From assembly GCA_021159385.1 (NCBI GenBank), contig JAGGRW010000200.1, positions 1-39,736 on the forward strand: DNA of 39,736 bases, in the 5' to 3' direction. This stretch comes from Methanosarcinales archaeon. Its GTDB lineage: Archaea > Halobacteriota > Methanosarcinia > Methanosarcinales > Methanogasteraceae. The translations under genes were made by a program, and so were the position numbers. The notes beneath the pieces are model-generated. The model had not been told where the DNA came from. It saw only the letters and a list, made by a program, of their open reading frames with translations, and did not search any database. Below are positions 29,033 to 38,531 of the stretch, piece after piece. Each line of letters opens with the position of its first letter. Position 1 is the stretch's first letter.

Positions 29033-29122
29033 ACCACCTTCCGACCGAGATCAAGATCAAGAAGACGCGCGGAATCGCCAGACACCAGAATCCCGATGTC
29101 CAAGTTTCAGACCGTCGCAAGG
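29033..29122 (+). pseudogene. Second valS-derived fragment
   Basis: LPTEIKIKKTRGIARHQ; nucleotide match to the reverse complement of ~14408-14490. Confidence 0.7.
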
Positions 29123-29285
29123 ACGTGGACGAGGGCATGAAGATCGAGTAGTGTTGCGCATCAGGCTCGGTGGTTGGAGGGATTTTATTGCTTAACCGAA
29201 CGCATATAAGGTGCAATCACCCCAAAGTTTGGGACGTTAAGTTTTATATTTTATAGCGCAACATCATAACGACGGCACAGGAGGG

Positions 29286-29747
29286 ATGAACTTGAAAAAA
29301 ACCGAAAGGATAAAAGAACTGAAAAGTTTCGTCAAATATCTGGAAGATTGTAATATTTTCAAGTTTAAAGTCAACATATTCAATAACAGACTCAAACTCC
29401 AGAAATACATATTTTTAGCCAGAAAATATGGTTTCAATCTGAGATATTCATATAATTTATATATCCACGGTCCGTACTCGCCACAACTTGCTGATGATTA
29501 TTATGCATTGGGGGAGTCGGCAATCGAACCTGAAAAAATAACCCTGGATGAGGGATTCATTAAACTCATTAAAAAGAAGAGTGAATGGTGGCTTGAACTC
29601 GCCTCAACAATTGTGATGATCTCTGAAAGGTATAGAGATATGGGGGATGAGATGATAATCAAACTTGTGAGAAACAGCAAGCCTTTTGCTTCCGAAAGTG
29701 AGGTTGAAGAGGTTATTTCAAAGTTAAGAAAAGCAAACGCCATCTAA
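29286..29747 (+). CDS. YwgA/SocA(DUF4065)-like putative antitoxin
   Basis: RLKLQKYIFL...YNLYIHGPYSPQLADD...LELAST; AT-rich. Confidence 0.7.
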   Translation: MNLKKTERIKELKSFVKYLEDCNIFKFKVNIFNNRLKLQKYIFLARKYGFNLRYSYNLYIHGPYSPQLADDYYALGESAIEPEKITLDEGFIKLIKKKSEWWLELASTIVMISERYRDMGDEMIIKLVRNSKPFASESEVEEVISKLRKANAI

Positions 29748-30253
29748 CGGTTTTTTCCAGCACCGCGTTTGGTGAATCTGTCTGATATTTTTAAGTTACT
29801 CTTTGCATCATCATATATTCTACTAAAGATTATTTTATTTTCCAGTAATTTCCGATCAGTTGTTATGAGCCATTCGGATGTGGGATCTGCAAGAGCTTGT
29901 GCAACTATCAACGTATCTGTTGGTTTTATGTGGTTATCAGCCCTCATCAGTTCAAAGGCTATCTTGTAACTTTCTTCGTCTGGAGGGGGTGTGTTCGCAT
30001 TCAGTTTAACTTCAATGAGCGTCTGAAGATTCTCAACAATTCCACCATTATTAGAGTTGAATAACCAATTCATGCACTCCCCAAGACTAATAAGCGGAAT
30101 CTTAACCATTATATCCGGATTCTTTATCATGGTTACAGCATTCTCTATGACGCCTTTTGAATGTTTCCTCTCGTCCCCTTTCTTGAAATAACCGATAATA
30201 ACGTTTGTATCAAAGTAAATGCTCTGTTTTGGCTCGTTTTTGTGTTTTGTCAT
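29744..30253 (-). CDS. PIN-domain (VapC-like) ribonuclease
   Basis: IYFDTNVII, E, TDTLIVAQA and LITTDRKL acidic motifs. Confidence 0.85.
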   Translation of the reverse strand: MTKHKNEPKQSIYFDTNVIIGYFKKGDERKHSKGVIENAVTMIKNPDIMVKIPLISLGECMNWLFNSNNGGIVENLQTLIEVKLNANTPPPDEESYKIAFELMRADNHIKPTDTLIVAQALADPTSEWLITTDRKLLENKIIFSRIYDDAKSNLKISDRFTKRGAGKNR

Positions 30254-30417
30254 GAGGTGGCACCAAAGAACTGAAGCGGTGTTTTGTCTGCATCTGACAT
30301 GAGATGAATCTATGCCTTGTGTATCAGGTTCCACGCCAAAAGACCTTTTCGACCACGCGGGTCCCCCACCCCCGGCTTAACTCATGATATTCTTCCAAAA
30401 CCCCGTCTGCGCCACCA

Positions 30418-30435
30418 CTCGCAATGAATTGCGAG
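30418..30435. repeat. REP-like palindrome CTCGCAAT-GA-ATTGCGAG
   Basis: Perfect 8-bp inverted repeat; shares its core with 4343-4360 in the opposite orientation. Confidence 0.65.
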
Positions 30436-30678
30436 GCGTTCTCACTCATAAGGTGAGGTACCCCGCCCAACACTGGAGAAGGGCGCCTGCAAGGAACAGA
30501 AATAACCCGGGTTTTGCTATCCAGCCCAAATACAAGTTATGCTTACCCGAGACAATCCGGAGTTTCCGGAAACCAATGAAAAGTTTCGGTCTTCGGACAT
30601 ACCCACATCCCGCCAAGACCATCCATCTTTATCTACCTTGAGGTAAGAAGTACCGTTCATTCGGTATGAGGTGGTACC

Positions 30679-31224
30679 ATAATACGGACGTTCATTGCTG
30701 TTGATCTGCCGGATTCGTTCAGGGACACGATTGCGGAGATCCAGCAGGAATTTAAAGGAAACACGAAGCTCGTGGACCCGAAGCAGGTTCACATTACGAT
30801 GAAGTTTCTTGGCGACGTGTCGGAAAAGAGCGCGCACGAGATCAAAGATGCACTTTCCGGCATCAGTTGCAGACCATTCGCTGCGAAGGTTCACGCCGTC
30901 GGCGCGTTCCCGAAACCGAGTTACGCCCGTGTGATATACATCGGCGCACATCCGAAAGATGCTTTTAATAGCTTGCACGCAGATGTAGAACAGCGACTGT
31001 TGCCGCTCGGGTTCAAAAGCGAGAAGCGTGCGTTCACTCCACACGCAACGATCGCACGGGTGAAACGCGTAACAAAGGAGCAGAAAATGCAGATTGAATC
31101 CGCAATCAAACGTCTGTCGGATGTTCCGATCGGAACGATGGATGTTACCACGATCAAACTGAAGAAGAGTACACTGACGCCTGCGGGCGCAATCTACGAA
31201 ACACTCAAGGAAGTGCATCTATGA
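30679..31224 (+). CDS. thpR: RNA 2',3'-cyclic phosphodiesterase (2H family)
   Basis: HITMKFLG and PHATIAR 2H motifs. Conserved RTFIAVDLP lies upstream of the ORF-track start; probable ATA start at 30679. Confidence 0.9.
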   Translation: MIRTFIAVDLPDSFRDTIAEIQQEFKGNTKLVDPKQVHITMKFLGDVSEKSAHEIKDALSGISCRPFAAKVHAVGAFPKPSYARVIYIGAHPKDAFNSLHADVEQRLLPLGFKSEKRAFTPHATIARVKRVTKEQKMQIESAIKRLSDVPIGTMDVTTIKLKKSTLTPAGAIYETLKEVHL

Positions 31225-31676
31225 GCGAAGAAGCGATTTTTGTTGTGAAGACCACTGCGAATCAGGAACGTTCGGTTGCAAATATTCTTGCGCATGTCGC
31301 GCGGAAGGAGCGGTTCGATATACGTGCGATCCTTGCGCCCGATGAACTGCGCGGCTACCTGCTGGTCGAGGCTGGCGACCGCGACGAACTGAATCAGGCG
31401 GTGCAGATGGTGCCCCATGCCAGATCGCTTGTTGCTGGCGAGTCCGTGATGGGGGAGGTAGAGCACTTCCTGACACCGAAGCCGACTGTGACTGGCATAT
31501 CGGTCGATAGCGTCGTGGAACTGATTTCAGGACCGTTTAAGGGCGAGAAAGCGAGGGTGAAGCGGGTCGATGAGGGGCGCGAGGAGATAACGGTTGAGCT
31601 GTTCGAGGCGGTCGTGCCGATACCTGTAACTGTTCGCGGTGATCATGTCCGGGTTTTGAAGCGAGAAGGGGAGTGA
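31221..31676 (+). CDS. spt5: Transcription elongation factor Spt5 (NusG)
   Basis: [16 protein letters not shown] and [20 protein letters not shown] motifs. Confidence 0.96.
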   Translation: MSEEAIFVVKTTANQERSVANILAHVARKERFDIRAILAPDELRGYLLVEAGDRDELNQAVQMVPHARSLVAGESVMGEVEHFLTPKPTVTGISVDSVVELISGPFKGEKARVKRVDEGREEITVELFEAVVPIPVTVRGDHVRVLKREGE

Positions 31677-31780
31677 GGACGTAAATCGCAGTCTGAGTCC
31701 GGGTCTGATTCCGATTCCAGGATTGTGGCACTCGTTGGAACACCCAACGTTTAAGTGGAGGTGTTTCAAATATTGTTGAA

Positions 31781-32614
31781 ATGCTATTTGACATCACAAC
31801 AGCGATAATCGCGCTCGCGGTAACCGGCGTTTTTGTAGGAATTGTGAGCGGGCTTCTCGGCATCGGCGGATGCTTCATCATGGTTCCGGTGCAGTACTGG
31901 GTATACACGGCGATGGGAGTCTCCTCGGATGTTGCGATCAAGCTTGCGTTCGGGACAAACCTCGTAGTCGTGCTGGCGACGTCGGTGAGCAGCTCACTTG
32001 GGCACAGCAGAATGGGCGCGGTCTTCTGGCGGGCTGGAATAGTTCTCGGCATCACTGGTGCGATCGGAGCTATGATCGGCGCAACGATAGCAACGCATCT
32101 CCCTGGCGATGTTTTGAAGGTCATCTTCGGAACCGCGCTCCTTGCAGGCGGCGTACGAATGCTGACAGCAAAGCCGCCGAAGATCGACGATGGCATGAAC
32201 GGTCGCCCACTTCTCTGGGCGGCACTGGGTTTTCCGCTCGGAATCATTGCCGGCGTCAGCGGAATCGGCGGCGGGATACTGATGATTCCTGTGATGGTTA
32301 CCGTTCTCAGATTCGATATGCACCGGGCGGTCGGAACGTCAACGGCTCTTATGATCTTTACGAGCGCTGGCGGGGTTTTCGGCTATATCGCAAACGGACT
32401 CGGTGTTGCGGGTCTGCCTGCGTATTCGATCGGTTATGCAAATCTTGGTGCGGGGCTGGCGCTCGTTGTAACGAGCGTCCCGATGGCGCAGGTTGGCGTG
32501 AGAATTGCCCACCTGCTGCCTGCAAAGAAACTGAAGTATCTCTTCATCGTTGCGCTGATCTTTGTGGGGCTGAAGATGATCGGAGTCTTCGGGTGGCTTG
32601 GTCTGCCTATTTGA
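31781..32614 (+). CDS. TauE/SafE (TSUP) family membrane transporter
   Basis: SGLLGIGG...VP and GIGGG..MIP...AVGTS internal repeat. Confidence 0.9.
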   Translation: MLFDITTAIIALAVTGVFVGIVSGLLGIGGCFIMVPVQYWVYTAMGVSSDVAIKLAFGTNLVVVLATSVSSSLGHSRMGAVFWRAGIVLGITGAIGAMIGATIATHLPGDVLKVIFGTALLAGGVRMLTAKPPKIDDGMNGRPLLWAALGFPLGIIAGVSGIGGGILMIPVMVTVLRFDMHRAVGTSTALMIFTSAGGVFGYIANGLGVAGLPAYSIGYANLGAGLALVVTSVPMAQVGVRIAHLLPAKKLKYLFIVALIFVGLKMIGVFGWLGLPI

Positions 32615-32725
32615 GCGGTCTTGAGTGATTCATACGGATTTCACAAATTTACGCAGATATTGCCTTAAATCTGTGTAATCAGTGTAAATGGCTGCGCCGC
32701 TGCTGGCGCAGACAGTGGCTGATAT

Positions 32726-32852
32726 TGGCTGATATGACTTTTAGCCACAGATGAGCACAGATGAACACAGATGAACACGGATTAAGGTTTTTCCGTATAT
32801 TTTCAGAAAGACTGGAGATTAAGTTTTACCATACTTTTTGGAGTGGATACCT
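32726..32852 (-). repeat. Dispersed MITE/REP-like repeat, copy 2
   Basis: Inverted homologue of 14630-14745 with additional CACAGATGAA units. Confidence 0.8.
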
Positions 32853-33002
32853 GAAATTCACATATTCGTACCATTCGAGATAAAATCACGAATGCTGTCG
32901 TTTGTCGCGAGACTGCCGATTGATCAAAAGATCCGCCACAAGATGATCACATCAACTTTAAAACCGGATAGTTTTATAACCAATGGACTCATAAATTAAC
33001 GT

Positions 33003-33287
33003 ATGAGCGCGCTTGAAAAGGTATTCGGAAGGACGGCGCAGATGATCGTTCTTGAGAATCTGATGAAGAACAGGGGCACATTCACATACCTTTCCGGAAT
33101 CGCGGAGGAGACCGGACTCTCGCATTCGAGTGTTTCGCGGGTGATCGAGCCGCTGCTCGCAATCGAGATCATAACGGAAAAAAAGGTTGGAAAACAGATT
33201 CGCACGTTCACGCTGAACGACGCAAATCCCCTGACCGGATTTTTGATGGACTTTTACGACGAACTGGGAACGTTCCTCCCTGATTGA
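33003..33287 (+). CDS. Winged-helix DNA-binding protein
   Basis: YLSGIAEETGLSHSSVSRVIEPL...KKVGKQIRTF; TTTTATAA at ~32972. Confidence 0.8.
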   Translation: MSALEKVFGRTAQMIVLENLMKNRGTFTYLSGIAEETGLSHSSVSRVIEPLLAIEIITEKKVGKQIRTFTLNDANPLTGFLMDFYDELGTFLPD

Positions 33288-33298
33288 AGGAAACCCGG

Positions 33299-33502
33299 AT
33301 GACTATGGACGACACACAGGAAGACTTCAAGGAACTGGATGCGGCAATCCTTGCCGAATCGAAGAAGAGCCCTGCGCGGACGGTTCTCATCTGCCCGCAA
33401 TGCGGCTCAAAGAACGTGGCGTACTGGCTGGGCTTGAAAGCCGGCTGCCAGTACCAGTGCAAGGACTGCGACTACGTCGGCGCGTTCGTAATCGAGGAGT
33501 AG
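33299..33502 (+). CDS. Small zinc-ribbon protein
   Basis: CPQCGS...YQCKDCDYVG. Confidence 0.75.
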   Translation: MTMDDTQEDFKELDAAILAESKKSPARTVLICPQCGSKNVAYWLGLKAGCQYQCKDCDYVGAFVIEE

Positions 33503-33578
33503 GCTTTGGGTTTGGGCAGGCTGTTCGGATCGCCCTGCTGATGCCCTCACACCCTTATACCCTGTACCCTCACCCACC

Positions 33579-34259
33579 TCACAAGAGTTCGTGAAACCCG
33601 GGTTGCTGTTGAGTCATGTCCTCGAAATCACTGATCGATATGATCGGGATATCAGCACACGCATCCGCGCATCCCATATTCTCGGGTCGATAGACATTGA
33701 TTGTTGCAGCCGTTCTCCTGTATGCATTTATGATCGCCTCAAGGCTCTCGATGCCGGTGATGGTCGTGCCGTTCGCCATTTTAAATGTACCATCTATGAA
33801 GAACCCATTCTCAAAGAGAATCGTTCCGGTGCCCGATCTCGTGACAATCTCGATGCACCCGGTGTGTTTCCACGTTTCAAGCGTCAAAAGCAGTTTGTCG
33901 ATGTTTACAAACTCAGAACTCATGTTCTCGTAGACCGTCCTGTTGTTCACAAACCCGATGAGCGCATTCAATACCGCATCTGAGACCTCGCCCACATCAA
34001 GACCGACGTCTCCTGATCTGCAGCGTTTTATTATGTCGGCGCACGCTGGTTCCCCGATTACGACCGTGCCGGAATCCACCTCTTCGATCGCATCTACGAA
34101 CGCCCCTTTTCGCAGAAAGATGGTTCCCGAGAAATTGTCAGCGGTTGCCGCAACGTACCCTGTAAGTTCCCGCTTCTCCAGTTCGGCAAAAATCTCCCCG
34201 ACCTCGACCATCGTGCTCGTTAGATTCCTGAAGACTACAGTCCCTCCCGGTAGGATCAT
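33579..34259 (-). CDS. DUF2226/PATAN-like tandem-domain protein
   Basis: Two repeats: LEKRELTGYV..SGTIFLRKG and LETWKHTGCI..TGTILFENG. Confidence 0.65.
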   Translation of the reverse strand: MILPGGTVVFRNLTSTMVEVGEIFAELEKRELTGYVAATADNFSGTIFLRKGAFVDAIEEVDSGTVVIGEPACADIIKRCRSGDVGLDVGEVSDAVLNALIGFVNNRTVYENMSSEFVNIDKLLLTLETWKHTGCIEIVTRSGTGTILFENGFFIDGTFKMANGTTITGIESLEAIINAYRRTAATINVYRPENMGCADACADIPIISISDFEDMTQQQPGFHELL

Positions 34260-34268
34260 CTTCTCACC

Positions 34269-34463
34269 CTACCGCAGCGTAATCTTCTTGATCTCTTCCA
34301 GTCGGGTGACGAGACCGCTCAACTCATCGCCAGTGATCTCTGTCCTCGACCGCATCCCGAGCATGTCGCCGCTCAACTGCTGTACGCGCGTCCAGAAGAC
34401 CAGATTCGCCAGCAACGACACCGTCAGAAAGATTCCGACCAGTAACCATAAGTAACCCCACAT
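34269..34463 (-). CDS. Small single-TM protein with coiled-coil-like tail
   Basis: GGAGGT upstream; N-terminal TM; co-oriented with the next gene. Confidence 0.65.
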   Translation of the reverse strand: MWGYLWLLVGIFLTVSLLANLVFWTRVQQLSGDMLGMRSRTEITGDELSGLVTRLEEIKKITLR

Positions 34464-34466
34464 AAT

Positions 34467-34718
34467 TCAACCTCCATATATGCTTACACCCGCATCCATA
34501 TACGCGCCTACACTCTGCACGAAACGACCGTTCGAGTCAGCGATGCCGACACCGTCACCGATGTTGATGTTGATGTTGATGTCGGCCCCAACTCCGGTTT
34601 CAACTCCAGCTTCAACCCAGTGCGACGCGGTCAAGCTTTTTACAATTCCAATTCCAATACGATTCGCCATTCCTGTTGCTGTGATGGCGACGACGTAGAG
34701 ACTGTTCGCGAATTTCAT
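34467..34718 (-). CDS. Hypothetical low-complexity protein
   Basis: GGAGG upstream and tight spacing, but the sequence is repeat-derived (INININI). Confidence 0.3.
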   Translation of the reverse strand: MKFANSLYVVAITATGMANRIGIGIVKSLTASHWVEAGVETGVGADINININIGDGVGIADSNGRFVQSVGAYMDAGVSIYGG

Positions 34719-34929
34719 CTATCCCATATCCTCCATCTATTGATGATGGCATCGACCACTATCCAGAGTAGCGGACCGATGAACCCCCACATCACATACT
34801 GTTTTGCGCACATATAAATGTAGCCCTCGCCCTCCCGGAGATCACGAAGATTAGGCAAACCGGCAGGCACCATGAATGCCATGGGCACCCTGCGATAGGG
34901 TTTTAAGTCCTGCGGCGATAATCTGATCG

Positions 34930-37029
34930 ATGAATAGGGATATACAAAAGATCGCGATTATGGTTGTGGCTGTCCTCGTGGCATTTGGGATAGGGATTGC
35001 ATTATTTCTACAGGGCGAGTCCGACATCGCACTCTGGTTTGTGATAATAGGCGTTCTTGCGATCTTTGTCATCGCATCTGTTTGGTACATCAGATCTGTT
35101 AAGGCGCGGAGGCTCGAGGACCCTGCGGCACGCGTGAAGGAGCGTGAACTGCGCAGCGTCTGCAAGAACTTCATCCGACTGCGGGATCGGATACATGCCG
35201 TCGAGGAGGCGCATTCGATCACGATTCCTGAGAGCATAAGCGAGGTGGACGCAATCGAAGGCGCATTGCAGGAGGTCGGTGGGACAATCGATCCGGAGAA
35301 CCAGTCAATCGACTGCGATCAGGAGACGATCAAGGGAGTCACCCTCTTTGCGGTCAGAAACACCGCACAGGACCTTGATCAGGCAGAGGAGCGTTTCGTC
35401 GGTCGGTTGCATGATGCTGCAATCAAGCGTGCGGACGACACCTGCGCAAAGTTCGAGACGCTCTCAGACGCGGGATATGACATGGACTCCTACCGCGTCG
35501 AACTCGCATCCCTTGTGCCGCCTGAGATGGGTTTCGACGAGATTGTCCAGTATCTGGATCAATTGAAGGTTTTGACAGAAGATGCGCTGCGAGGGTGCGT
35601 GGATGACGCAAAGAAGCTCGCAGAGTACCACACCGGTGATACGTCCGCTGCGCGGGTGGAGGGCGCGTTGCAGGAGCAGGATTATGGCGAGGCAGTGGCT
35701 ACGCTTGAAGAGGACATAGCAACACTCAAGACCGCGACAGAGGAGGATTTCCGGACGTATCGAAGTTCGCTACTCAGTGCCCTCGACGTTGCAATCGGCG
35801 CAACTCATGATGAGCGGTTCGCAGAATTCAAGACAACGGTTCTCGATGCGTCGAGTTCCGAGAAGCTTGTCCGGATCCGAGAGGTCGGTGACGCGTTCGT
35901 GAAACACTGCCAGGGCATCGTTGATCTGATGCACTCTGAACTCGTCGGTACTGAAAACCACATAAAAGAGTTCATGCCGCCCGATTACTTCTGGAAGGAG
36001 AGCGGCTTCTCAGAGAAGGAGTACAGGCTTGTGGGAGCGGGAGTGGATGTGGATGTGGATGTCGGAGATCTTGGTGCTGTCGAGGATGTTGCCGGGTCGT
36101 TTGCGTCTGCGGTGAGCGAACTGGTTCCTGCCATGAATATAAATAATAATGCATATAAAATATTGAATAGTTATCATCGGACGGTTGAGCGCCAGATACG
36201 AAAGCAGTTGGTGGCTCACAACGTCGTCTCCGAGAGCGATCTGAAGGTCGCGCACCCTGGTGAGTTTCTGCACCTGTACGATTACTACCACCCGGACGCG
36301 TCGTACCACGAGGACAAAGGGACGCTGCACCTTCTGGAGGGCGCAAAGACGATTGAGAACCCGTTGGCGATTGCGGTCTCGGATGCAGACGGGGGTCTGG
36401 TCGAAGGCGCAAAGGTGACTCTTGCCCACGAGAGCGGGATCGGCGTCACCATGAATTACGTAACAGGCGAGGATGGGTGCGCAACAATCGAGAACCCGGG
36501 CGACGGGCGGTACCGGCTGATCGTTGACGCCGCGCAGTACCGGAGGCACGAGGACACGGTCGTTCTGCCGGCACACGAGATTGCGATCACGCTTGAACGG
36601 CTTGGGCTGAAGGATTACCTCTGTCGCGAGAAGGCGCAATCGATAAAAGATAACCTCAAGCGCTACGCGTCGGACGTTCTCAGGGAGCTTGCGAGAAGCG
36701 GGGTCGTCTCGTCCGGGTCTGAGATGCGGATCACAAGAGAGTATCGCGCATGTCTTCTGTACATACTCGCAGAGGAGTACCCGAATCTGCGGTTTGTATC
36801 GCCGGACTCACCGGATTCACCAGACTCATCTGCCCCGTCTGCCCCGTCAGATTCCGAATACATCGTCTACGATGAGGGGATGATGGTGTCACGGTTAATC
36901 GAGACTGCAGAAGCGATGGAGGGGGCTGCCCACGCCATATCTGACTTTGGAATCCCGCTTCCGGAGAGTGAGGTTCGCAACTTAATCGAAGTCGCGGGAG
37001 AGAAGGGCGTCAAGATCGCGGTGGAGTGA
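34930..37029 (+). CDS. Membrane-anchored helical protein with a carboxypeptidase-regulatory-like (beta-sandwich) domain
   Basis: Two N-terminal TMs, long acidic helical region, then [16 protein letters not shown]...TGEDG...[12 protein letters not shown]. Confidence 0.8.
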   Translation: MNRDIQKIAIMVVAVLVAFGIGIALFLQGESDIALWFVIIGVLAIFVIASVWYIRSVKARRLEDPAARVKERELRSVCKNFIRLRDRIHAVEEAHSITIPESISEVDAIEGALQEVGGTIDPENQSIDCDQETIKGVTLFAVRNTAQDLDQAEERFVGRLHDAAIKRADDTCAKFETLSDAGYDMDSYRVELASLVPPEMGFDEIVQYLDQLKVLTEDALRGCVDDAKKLAEYHTGDTSAARVEGALQEQDYGEAVATLEEDIATLKTATEEDFRTYRSSLLSALDVAIGATHDERFAEFKTTVLDASSSEKLVRIREVGDAFVKHCQGIVDLMHSELVGTENHIKEFMPPDYFWKESGFSEKEYRLVGAGVDVDVDVGDLGAVEDVAGSFASAVSELVPAMNINNNAYKILNSYHRTVERQIRKQLVAHNVVSESDLKVAHPGEFLHLYDYYHPDASYHEDKGTLHLLEGAKTIENPLAIAVSDADGGLVEGAKVTLAHESGIGVTMNYVTGEDGCATIENPGDGRYRLIVDAAQYRRHEDTVVLPAHEIAITLERLGLKDYLCREKAQSIKDNLKRYASDVLRELARSGVVSSGSEMRITREYRACLLYILAEEYPNLRFVSPDSPDSPDSSAPSAPSDSEYIVYDEGMMVSRLIETAEAMEGAAHAISDFGIPLPESEVRNLIEVAGEKGVKIAVE

Positions 37030-37036
37030 TGGCTGG

Positions 37037-38365
37037 ATGGCTGATATGACGCTACTTGACCGTGCGCGTAAGGGCGAGATCACTGCTGAGATCAGGCGCG
37101 CCGCTGAGGCTGCGGCGGGTGCGGGAATTGATCCCGAAACGCTGCGGCGGCTCGTCGCAAAAGGACACGTCGTAATCCCGATGAACGTCTCGTTGCGGGC
37201 GGTTCCCACACCGATCGGTGCATGCATGCGCACCAGGGTGAACGCGAACATCGGAACGTCTGCTGATTACGCGGATATCGATTCCGAGATTGAGAAGGCG
37301 AAAATTGCGGTTCAGTGCGGCGCAGACACAGTCATGGACCTCTCAACAGGCGGCGACCTCATGGATACGCTGGAGAGGATTCTTGATGCCACTCCTGTTC
37401 CTGTGGGAACGGTTCCGATCTATCACGCGGCGTGCACGAGAACCGCGGGGACTGCGCTTTCCGACATGACCTCTGATGACCTCTTCAATGCGGTCAGGAG
37501 TCATGCAAAGAGCGGCGTTGATTTCATGACGATTCACGCCGGCGTAACCAGTGCGACTGTGGACAATCTTATTGCGAGCGAGCGGATACTTACAATCGTT
37601 AGCAGGGGGGGTGCGCTCACAACTGCGTGGATGATGCAAAACGAGCAGGAGAATCCGTTTTACTCCGAGTTTGATTACCTGCTTGAGATCGCACGTGAGT
37701 ACGATATCACGCTCAGTCTCGGCGACGGCATGCGCCCGGGTTGCATCGCTGACGCCAATGACTATGCGATGTTCTCTGAGGTGATAACGCTCGGAAGACT
37801 GGTGAAAAGGGCGCGAGCAGCAGGCGTCCAGTGCATGGTCGAGGGTCCGGGACATGTTCCGATGGACGCAATCGAGTACGGTGTGCGGGTCACAAAGGAG
37901 CTCTGCGACAACGCTCCCCTGTACCTCTTAGGACCGGTCGTGACCGACATAGCTCCAGGCTACGACCACATCACAAGCGCAATCGGCGGCGCAATCGCTG
38001 GCATGAATGGTGCGGATTTCCTCTGCATGGTGACGCCAGCCGAACATCTTGCGCTCCCAACCGTTGATGACATCAGGGAGGGCACAATCGTGACAAGGAT
38101 CGCTGCCCACGCAATCGATCTCGTGAAGCCGGGTGTGCGGGATTCAGCGCGCGCGATGGACCTCAAAATGGCTGTCGCCAGAAGAGACCTCGACTGGGAC
38201 GCCCAGTTCGAGTTAGCAATCGACTGCGAATGCGGCGGGCAAAAGGAGAGCCAGCGTGCAAGATCGATTCACGAGGCGAGAAACAGCCAGAGCGAGACAT
38301 GTTCTATGTGCGGGGAACTCTGCGCAATCAAAGTGATGAATAAATCGCTCGGGAAGAAGGATTAA
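37037..38365 (+). CDS. thiC: Phosphomethylpyrimidine synthase ThiC family
   Basis: [48 protein letters not shown] and CSMCG..C motifs. Confidence 0.9.
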   Translation: MADMTLLDRARKGEITAEIRRAAEAAAGAGIDPETLRRLVAKGHVVIPMNVSLRAVPTPIGACMRTRVNANIGTSADYADIDSEIEKAKIAVQCGADTVMDLSTGGDLMDTLERILDATPVPVGTVPIYHAACTRTAGTALSDMTSDDLFNAVRSHAKSGVDFMTIHAGVTSATVDNLIASERILTIVSRGGALTTAWMMQNEQENPFYSEFDYLLEIAREYDITLSLGDGMRPGCIADANDYAMFSEVITLGRLVKRARAAGVQCMVEGPGHVPMDAIEYGVRVTKELCDNAPLYLLGPVVTDIAPGYDHITSAIGGAIAGMNGADFLCMVTPAEHLALPTVDDIREGTIVTRIAAHAIDLVKPGVRDSARAMDLKMAVARRDLDWDAQFELAIDCECGGQKESQRARSIHEARNSQSETCSMCGELCAIKVMNKSLGKKD

Positions 38366-38388
38366 CGCTGGCATCGGATTTTACAGTC

Positions 38389-38397
38389 TTTTTTTTT
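38389..38397 (+). terminator. Archaeal oligo-T terminator after thiC
   Basis: T9 run ~24 nt after the stop codon. Confidence 0.55.
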
Positions 38398-38531
38398 CCG
38401 TAACAATTACGCACCATTCTCTTTGAAGTAGTAGCAAAATGACATCAATTATTTGCATCCTGTGTTCAATCACCATGTTTAAGATGATGTTTGTTGAGTG
38501 TGGCAGGAACAGATCCTATGAGGGATACCAA

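Noticed and set aside
14405-32852. A single large invertible segment bounded by the inverted valS and MITE-like pairs
   Set aside because: The partner copies are ~3.6 kb apart and diverged, and there is no recombinase; independent dispersal is more parsimonious.
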